Positions 28,707 through 35,058 of a stretch of 40,643 nt of DNA are shown here, in pieces. This stretch comes from Candidatus Nomurabacteria bacterium RIFCSPLOWO2_01_FULL_41_18 (GTDB taxonomy: Bacteria; Patescibacteriota; Minisyncoccia; Phycocordibacterales; UBA9973): assembly GCA_001785865.1 (NCBI GenBank), contig MFUZ01000006.1:1-40643 (forward strand), given 5' to 3'. How positions within the stretch are numbered: position 1 is the stretch's first letter; every line of letters begins with the position of its first letter. Under the pieces are notes generated by a model. It made no database searches. It was not told the DNA's origin and worked only from the letters and a program-made list of their open reading frames with translations. The position numbers and the translations under genes are program-made.

Positions 28707-29651
28707 TTATTTTGGAGGCGGGAACAGATCCCGCATCCAGTAGGGTTTTTCGCCGGGGGGATGAGGTGGAAGCTGGCGGTCGTGGACCACCAACGTGTTG
28801 TTGTTATGGATGACCAGCCCTTGGGCTGGTGAGGTATAAGCCCTTGCAGCGGATTGCGCCGGAAGGACGTTGTTCACCACCAACAGGTTGTTGTTTGTCA
28901 CCCCGGAGGGTGAAGTCCCAGCGATCGCAGTCGGTGTCGCCGTTGCCTTTGTAACCGCAGCGGGACAAGGTACGACCGGGGCCGGCGGAACATTCGTCAA
29001 GGTGAGTAGCCGTCGGAACGGTTCCATCGCCTGTAGCAATTTTTCGGTGACGATCACGTTCACAAGGTCCGGGATTTCCGCCCGGATGGCGGCGTTGTCT
29101 GCGGCCATTTCGGAGCCTAGGTCTCGCATCCGCGCCGACAGCAACACTTGGTTACTGCTGACCAGTCCGACAATTGCATTGAGTTCACCAGTAGTTCTCG
29201 CCAGGTTGTCGCTCATGCTCGTCGTGGCTTCAGACACCAATTTCCGTAGCTCACATGACGTTTTCGCCAGGTTGTTGCTCATGACGTTTTCGCTCCGCTC
29301 CATTCTGGCATTCGAGGCCACAAGCAATTTTGTGATTGCTTGCAACTCATTGCTGAATGTTGCAACATCGCTTCGGCGGGGAGGTGTCACCACCACTGCC
29401 GTTTTGTTGTCTTGCTCGCAAACCGTCACCGCTTCTTCCTCGTCAGTTAGAACAGGAGCGACGGTCGTCGTGTCATCAAATGACGTGCAGATTGACGCTA
29501 GGGTACGGTGACCCCAGTCTGTCATCAACATAATACATCCAAGGAGGATGACGGCTCCCAAGCCAACGATGCTCCCAAATATCAGCTTGCCCTTCAGGGT
29601 AAGGCGTTTCCGTAACTTACGTTCAGTGGCTTCTGGTTGTGTTTCGTTCAT
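28707..29651 (-). CDS. Orphan single-TM protein with coiled-coil and Pro/Thr-rich tail
   Basis: Basic N-terminus plus TM; internal repeat MS(N/D)NLA(K/R)T..EL; terminator hairpin at 28646-28675. Confidence 0.7.
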   Translation of the reverse strand: MNETQPEATERKLRKRLTLKGKLIFGSIVGLGAVILLGCIMLMTDWGHRTLASICTSFDDTTTVAPVLTDEEEAVTVCEQDNKTAVVVTPPRRSDVATFSNELQAITKLLVASNARMERSENVMSNNLAKTSCELRKLVSEATTSMSDNLARTTGELNAIVGLVSSNQVLLSARMRDLGSEMAADNAAIRAEIPDLVNVIVTEKLLQAMEPFRRLLTLTNVPPAPVVPCPAAVTKATATPTAIAGTSPSGVTNNNLLVVNNVLPAQSAARAYTSPAQGLVIHNNNTLVVHDRQLPPHPPGEKPYWMRDLFPPPK

Positions 29652-29701
29652 AGGTTTTCTTTCGTTAACTGACGTTGTTGTTTAGTTTTTCCTGCAGTTC
29701 C

Positions 29702-29834
29702 TCCTGCAAGATAGCAACCCAGAAAACTAATTTTCTAGGCTATTATCTTGCAAGAAAACAAAAACAAGAAAAAACATATAGAAAGAACAATCTTTTGCTA
29801 GATGTTGTATAACATATTTAGAAGAAAAAGTCAA
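29702..29834 (-). promoter_or_regulatory. Leader element D
   Basis: TTGACT-17-TATACA; TTGTTCTTTCTAT; hairpin GCAAGATAATAGCCTAGAAAA/TTTTCTGGGTTGCTATCTTGC. Confidence 0.75.
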
Positions 29835-29901
29835 GGGTTTAAAGGACGCATTTCGAAAATACTTGTTATTTAATCGTTTTTTACATATACTTTATTTCGT
29901 T

Positions 29902-29983
29902 GCCCGAGTGGCGGAATTGGTATACGCGCACGACTTAAAATCGTGTCTCGTAAGGGATGTGGGTTCGATTCCCACCTCGGGCA
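29902..29983 (+). tRNA. tRNA-Leu(TAA)
   Basis: GCCCGAG/CTCGGGC; anticodon loop CTTAAAA. Confidence 0.95.
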
Positions 29984-30014
29984 CTGGGTTAGTTGGAAAA
30001 TTAATATAATAATT

Positions 30015-30087
30015 GCGCCCATAGCTCAGCTGGTAGAGCAGATCCCTCTTAAGGATAAGGTCGAAGGTTCGATCCCTTCTGGGCGCA
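30015..30087 (+). tRNA. tRNA-Lys(CTT)
   Basis: GCGCCCA/TGGGCGC; anticodon loop CTCTTAA. Confidence 0.95.
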
Positions 30088-30192
30088 CAAAAGTACTTAA
30101 TGTACTTTTTGCGAGACGGAGCACGACGGTGCGAGTCCGGGTCGGGGAAGTTTTTAGTAAAAAACTATTCCTGACCACAAGTTTTCAAAATC

Positions 30193-30274
30193 GGGCGAGT
30201 GGCGGAATTGGTATACGCGTTAGTCTTAGGAACTAATGTCGCAAGACTTGGGGGTTCGAGTCCCCCCTCGCCCA
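30193..30274 (+). tRNA. tRNA-Leu(TAG)
   Basis: GGGCGAG/CTCGCCC; anticodon loop CTTAGGA. Confidence 0.95.
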
Positions 30275-30292
30275 CACAAAACAGAATAGTAC

Positions 30293-30340
30293 GGCCTGGT
30301 AGCCGAGTGGTGTGAGCGTAGCGAATATGCCATTCCTCTG
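30293..30340 (+). pseudogene. Interrupted duplicate of the tRNA-Cys 5' half
   Basis: GGCCTGGTAGCCGAGTGGT [GTGAGCGTAGCGAAT] ATGCCATTCCTCTG versus the intact GGCCTGGTAGCCAAGTGGT AAGGCATTCCTCTG. Confidence 0.8.
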
Positions 30341-30372
30341 AGCAGAGGCTTAAATTTTGTTTTTTTATGTTT

Positions 30373-30444
30373 GGCCTGGTAGCCAAGTGGTAAGGCATTC
30401 CTCTGCAAAAGGAATATACGGCGGTTCAATTCCGCCCCAGGCCT
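30373..30444 (+). tRNA. tRNA-Cys(GCA)
   Basis: GGCCTGG/CCAGGCC, U73 discriminator; anticodon loop CTGCAAA. Confidence 0.95.
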
Positions 30445-30457
30445 CAAGTTTGCAATA

Positions 30458-30781
30458 CTATTTTTCTCTAAGCAGTTCGTCAATTTTCTGCCTGTGTTTT
30501 TCTCCGAGGTCGATAGCGATGTCGATGAAAGGAATATTTTTGGTGGTCATGGTTTTTTTCAGGAATTCGCGCAATTCCGGTCTTTTACGCTTGGCGAACT
30601 CCAAGGCAGCTTTTTCTTTTGAGACTGGCATCACAGTGATAAACACGGTTGCGCGCTTCAGGTCCGGGGAGCAAGAGGCAGAAGTTACAGTGACAAGCGA
30701 AGTCCGGTTACTCTCTCTTCCCAGAAATTCCGCTGTCAGTTCTTTAATATGATTCGCTACTTTTTCGTTTCTCTCGCTCAT
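30458..30781 (-). CDS. rbfA: Ribosome-binding factor A
   Basis: R.EKVA..I, VTVT...SPDLKRATVFI; directly downstream of infB. Confidence 0.85.
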   Translation of the reverse strand: MSERNEKVANHIKELTAEFLGRESNRTSLVTVTSASCSPDLKRATVFITVMPVSKEKAALEFAKRKRPELREFLKKTMTTKNIPFIDIAIDLGEKHRQKIDELLREK

Positions 30782-30785
30782 TTTC

Positions 30786-32417
30786 TTATTTCTGCGCTAT
30801 GGAAAATAATTCGATCACATCACTAGGAGCGACTTCTATCTTGGATTCGATCATCATGCCGAACTCTTGTCCCTCTTCTACGGTGCCCGTCTTCACTTTA
30901 CTTTTTTCGAGGTTTACAATTTTTCCGCGTCCGATCTCAAATTCTCGGCGCATGATTCGTACGGTGCCGTTTAGGACCATAGCTCCCTCTATGACCTTGC
31001 CTCCGATGATCTGTCGCTCTTTGGTACGGCTGAAAGCGCGGATGATCTTCGCCCGTCCTGTGGTCTCGATCGTCTCTATTCTTGGCCTCCTTTTTTCCAT
31101 CTCTTCTTCGAGCCATTCAGTCATTTTGTAAATGATGTCAAAGAAAGAAATGGTGATCCCTCTTTTCTCGGCGATCTCGATCGCGCTCTTGTCGGCCTTT
31201 ACATTGAACCCGATAATAATTGCATTCTCGCTGTTCGAAATGTTCTTGATGTCGGACTCCGAAATAGAGCCCACACCCTTCGAGATGATCCTGAATTCCG
31301 CGTTCTTTACTTCCGCTTTACATTTTATTTTTAGTATTTCTTTTTCAATAGCTTCGAGAGAACCGGATACGTCGGCTCTGAGCAGTATAGGTATAATTTT
31401 TTTATTGCCGTCGGAGTCTTCTTTGGAGGCATTATTGGAAGCATCGCTAGGGGATAGTATCTTGTCGCAATTTTCTGCATAATCAAGGGCGTCCTGCTTT
31501 TTTTTGAAACTTTTAAACTTGGCGCCAACTTTTGGCATCTTGTCAAAACCGTAAAGACGTACAGGGGAGGAAGGTTCTGCCACATCTATCATCTCTCCTT
31601 TAAAATTTTGAATTATTCGCGTCGAGCAGATGGTGTCTTCTACTGCTACTGTCATTCCTTTTTTTAACGAGCCGTTCTTTATGATTAGGGTTGCTTGTAT
31701 TCCACGCTTTACGTCCAGATTCGCTTCGATGACGAAGCCAGAGGCGTCTTCTTCTACACTTGCGGTAAAGTTTTCCATTTCTGTCAAAATCAATATGAGG
31801 GAGAGCAGATTGTCGATTCCGGTGCCGACTTTGGCGGAAACTTCTACGAAGGGGATTTTCCCGCCGTAATTTTCCAGATAGATCTCGTTTTCGGCTAATT
31901 CTTGTTTTGTTTTTTCTACGTTGGCTCCTGGCTTGTCTATTTTGTTGATAGCGACGATGCTAGGGAGATTCATTTCGGTAATCGTTTTCCATGCTTCGAT
32001 AGTCTGTGGTTTTACTCCGTCCTCCGCGGACACTACCAAGATAGCGATGTCGGCGATGATTGCTCCGCGTTCACGCATCTTTGAAAAAGCTTCATGTCCG
32101 GGGGTATCCAAGAAAGTGATTCTGCGATTAGCAGAATCATCTCTTCGAGCCTGAGCCTCAGAGCCGATGGCCCGAGCTGGTCGAGGGATCCCTCGATTCT
32201 CTTCGTTCTCTCGGGATTTCGGTTCCTCTGAAGGAACCTCAACTTCATAAGCTGAAATTTTTTGGGTTATGCCGCCGGCTTCACCTTCGGTGACGTTTGT
32301 CTTGCGGATATAGTCGAGCAGAGTCGACTTGCCATGGTCGATATGCCCCATCACCACCACGACTGGTGGCCGAGGTATCGTATTTAGTTTTTTTTGTGTT
32401 GTCATGTTTTTGTTCAA
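30786..32417 (-). CDS. infB: Translation initiation factor IF-2 (short form; start 32417 or 32405)
   Basis: RPPVVVVMGHIDHGKS, EAGGITQ, FLDTPGHEAF, AINKID, IIGFNV. Confidence 0.97.
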   Translation of the reverse strand: MNKNMTTQKKLNTIPRPPVVVVMGHIDHGKSTLLDYIRKTNVTEGEAGGITQKISAYEVEVPSEEPKSRENEENRGIPRPARAIGSEAQARRDDSANRRITFLDTPGHEAFSKMRERGAIIADIAILVVSAEDGVKPQTIEAWKTITEMNLPSIVAINKIDKPGANVEKTKQELAENEIYLENYGGKIPFVEVSAKVGTGIDNLLSLILILTEMENFTASVEEDASGFVIEANLDVKRGIQATLIIKNGSLKKGMTVAVEDTICSTRIIQNFKGEMIDVAEPSSPVRLYGFDKMPKVGAKFKSFKKKQDALDYAENCDKILSPSDASNNASKEDSDGNKKIIPILLRADVSGSLEAIEKEILKIKCKAEVKNAEFRIISKGVGSISESDIKNISNSENAIIIGFNVKADKSAIEIAEKRGITISFFDIIYKMTEWLEEEMEKRRPRIETIETTGRAKIIRAFSRTKERQIIGGKVIEGAMVLNGTVRIMRREFEIGRGKIVNLEKSKVKTGTVEEGQEFGMMIESKIEVAPSDVIELFSIAQK

Positions 32418-32424
32418 GCAAGTC

Positions 32425-32904
32425 TTACAAAACTTGCCTTTCTTTTGCTTTTTCTAGCGCTTCTCTTTCTTCGACGCTCAATTCATATTCCGACTTGCTG
32501 TTTTTTATAGGTTTGGCGAATATACTCATTCGGTCCCTAGAGTACAAGCTCGACAGCACCACGCCGTCGCCTTCTTCATTCAACATGCCGATCGCAAAGC
32601 TCTGATTGCTACCTTGATCAGGAAAAGGGTTAAATCTTATTGTTTCGAGTCCACGGATGCTTTTTTTTAGTTTAGCATTTATTTCAGTAATATTTTTTTG
32701 GATTTCGCTTCTCGCACTTTTTAGTTCGGCGATGTCCTTTTCTAAACTCTCAATAGTATCTTCCAGGTCTTTGGCTTTTTTACCCAAGAAAAATCTTTTC
32801 AAACGTTTCTCGGTAACGATAACCCAAATAGCGCCAACCAAAATAGCAATAAAAGTAAAAACTAAAAAAGCCAAAATAAAAATGCCACCCTGCTTTATAT
32901 CCAT
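32425..32904 (-). CDS. DUF4446 family protein
   Basis: N-terminal TM and coiled coil; RFNPF..GSNQSFAI..GVVLSSLYSR..FAKPI..LS.EE. Confidence 0.8.
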   Translation of the reverse strand: MDIKQGGIFILAFLVFTFIAILVGAIWVIVTEKRLKRFFLGKKAKDLEDTIESLEKDIAELKSARSEIQKNITEINAKLKKSIRGLETIRFNPFPDQGSNQSFAIGMLNEEGDGVVLSSLYSRDRMSIFAKPIKNSKSEYELSVEEREALEKAKERQVL

Positions 32905-32928
32905 ATTGTTTCAATATATACTATTCTG

Positions 32929-34152
32929 ATGCCCAAATCAAACATAAAGACAAGCAAGGCGACGAAGAAAGTGTATATGGATTATGCATCATCCGCTCTT
33001 TCGGTTTCGGCAAATCCTGGGGCGATTCATTCTCTTGGCGTAGCGGAAAAAAATAAATTAGAGAAGTCGAGAGGGATAGTCGCTGGGATCTTGAATGCGC
33101 ACAGTTCCGAGATAGTATTTACTTCCGGAGCGACCGAGAGCAATAATTTAGCTATTTTAGGGTTAGTGAAGGCGGTAAAAATGCCGCATATAGTCACCAC
33201 AAACATAGAGCACGCTTCCGTTTTGGAAGTTTGCAAGCATTTAGAAAATACAAAACAAGCGGAGGTGACCTATGTGCCGGTCGATGCAAACGGGGTGGTG
33301 GATCCCCAAAAAATTAAAAAAGCTTTGAAAGCGAATACTATTTTAGTATCAGTGATGTATGCGAACAATGAAATAGGCACGATACAACCAATAAAAGAAA
33401 TAGCAAAAGAAATCAGGCACTTTGATAAAATAAATAATAAAAAAATATTTTTCCATACCGATGCCACACAAGCAGTAAATTACTTGCCAATAAGCATTCC
33501 TCAACTTGGTGTAGATCTGATGTCTTTCAATAGCGTAAAAATTTATGGACCGAAGGGAATAGGCGCTTTGTATGTGAAAAAAAATACACCTCTTACTCCA
33601 ATTATGTTTGGCGGAAATCAGGAGTTTGGGTTGCGACCTGGGACAGAAAACGTTTCTCTTGCTGTAGAACTTTCAAAAGCACTTCAGACTACGGAAAATA
33701 AAAAAGAAAAAGAAATAAAAAGATTAACTCAACTCAGGGATTATTTTATTAAAAAATTAAAAAGTAAAAATGTTGATTTTGTGTTGAATGGGGATTTAGA
33801 AAAAAGATTGCCGAATAATATAAATATTACTATTCCAAACATTCCAAGTGATCTGTTAGTTATAGAATTATCAACTAGGGGAATAATGGCTTCCACAAAA
33901 AGTGCTTGCAAAGCGGGGGACGGTAAAGCTTCACACGTTATCAAAGCCATTCGTTCAGAAATAAAACCTGCCCGCAATGCTTTCAGCATAGCTGATGCAG
34001 GCGAGGAAACAGATGGTTCAATAAGATTTTCATTAGGTAGACAGACAACCAAATCAGATATTGATTATACAGTAAAATCTCTATCCGAAATTTTGACTAA
34101 ATTAAAAAAGTGGTATACCCCCACACCTATTAATTTCTTTGACTTGAAATAG
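32929..34152 (+). CDS. Cysteine desulfurase (IscS/NifS family, class V PLP enzyme)
   Basis: YMDYAS, FTSGATESNN, IEHASV, ANNEIG, HTDATQ, KIYGPKG, RPGTEN, SAC. Confidence 0.92.
   Translation: MPKSNIKTSKATKKVYMDYASSALSVSANPGAIHSLGVAEKNKLEKSRGIVAGILNAHSSEIVFTSGATESNNLAILGLVKAVKMPHIVTTNIEHASVLEVCKHLENTKQAEVTYVPVDANGVVDPQKIKKALKANTILVSVMYANNEIGTIQPIKEIAKEIRHFDKINNKKIFFHTDATQAVNYLPISIPQLGVDLMSFNSVKIYGPKGIGALYVKKNTPLTPIMFGGNQEFGLRPGTENVSLAVELSKALQTTENKKEKEIKRLTQLRDYFIKKLKSKNVDFVLNGDLEKRLPNNINITIPNIPSDLLVIELSTRGIMASTKSACKAGDGKASHVIKAIRSEIKPARNAFSIADAGEETDGSIRFSLGRQTTKSDIDYTVKSLSEILTKLKKWYTPTPINFFDLK
33967..34005 (+). repeat. 39-nt palindromic element, in frame in the cysteine desulfurase (PARNAFSIADAGE)
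   Basis: Third copy of the 8809/20228 element. Confidence 0.9.
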
Positions 34153-34174
34153 GTGTGCGGGGTATAATTGAGAA

Positions 34175-34981
34175 ATGGATGTCAAAGACTTGAACAAAAC
34201 ACAACTTATACTGCTTGCAGTCCTTTTGTCTTTCGTTACCTCGATAGCGACTGGCATAACGACGGTGACTTTGATGCAGCAAGCGCCAGCATCGTTTACC
34301 GCTCCGGTGAACAATGTCATCAGGCAGACGATCGAAAAGATCCAGCAAGTAGAGGGCAAGACTACGGTGCAGACAGTGGTCGTGAAAGAAGAAGATTTGG
34401 TGGTGGATGCGATAGCAAAAAATAAATCCTCAATATTCGCTATCACAAAAGATGAGAACAATTCAGACCCCAGTTCTCCTCAGATTTCTGCTGGTGCGGG
34501 ATTTGTGGTTTCTACCCCCGGTGTCGTCGTAGCGGATGCCACGCTGGTTTTAGATAAAGGAACATATTATGTTGAAAATGATAGCGGAAAGTTTAAGGCA
34601 GATTTTATTTTTACCGACAAGAATGGATTTTCATTTTTGAAAATAGGCGCTTCAGTAAATGGCACAGACAAGCTCGTCTTTGCTGTACCTAGTTTCGGGG
34701 ACTTGGATAAAATGAAAATAGGGCAGAAGATCTTGGTTGTAGGCAAGAGCGTGTCCTCATTTATTTTTGATGGCAACAAGGATATCAAAGCAAGTCTTCC
34801 TTCCAGCAATCCCGGTGCGATAGTGCTTGATCTCGATGGCAACGTTCTCGGGATAGTCTTGTCCGGAGAAACGCTGTCGTTTGTCCCAATCGGAGTGATC
34901 ATGAGTACCTTAAAACTCTCTGGCACTACTGACTCTGCCAATAGTCTCCCGGCATCTCCTATACTTGCCCCTGCGGAATAG
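34175..34981 (+). CDS. Membrane-anchored trypsin-like (S1C/HtrA-like) protein, catalytically degenerate
   Basis: TM, GAGFVVS..GVVV, LKIG, KIGQKIL, VLDLDGNVLGI. Confidence 0.7.
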   Translation: MDVKDLNKTQLILLAVLLSFVTSIATGITTVTLMQQAPASFTAPVNNVIRQTIEKIQQVEGKTTVQTVVVKEEDLVVDAIAKNKSSIFAITKDENNSDPSSPQISAGAGFVVSTPGVVVADATLVLDKGTYYVENDSGKFKADFIFTDKNGFSFLKIGASVNGTDKLVFAVPSFGDLDKMKIGQKILVVGKSVSSFIFDGNKDIKASLPSSNPGAIVLDLDGNVLGIVLSGETLSFVPIGVIMSTLKLSGTTDSANSLPASPILAPAE

Positions 34982-35058
34982 TTCCCTAAAGACACTTGAC
35001 ACCAGGTGTATAATGGAAGTATGGGAAGGGGAAGTAATAGATAAATAATGAAAAATAT

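Noticed and set aside
25540-29834. Prophage, ICE or integron interpretation of the orphan cluster next to tRNAs
   Set aside because: No integrase or phage genes and no tRNA 3'-end duplication; the hairpins lack attC RYYYAAC/GTTRRRY ends and sit in 5' leaders.
29943-30752. ORFs spanning the tRNA cluster (also 3103-3309 and 39172-39378)
   Set aside because: They overlap tRNA genes or rbfA.
34996-35044. TTGACA/TATAAT pair and a 7-codon ORF before clpB
   Set aside because: The two hexamers are only 7 nt apart; the -10 may be real, but the mini-ORF or a heat-shock operator cannot be supported.
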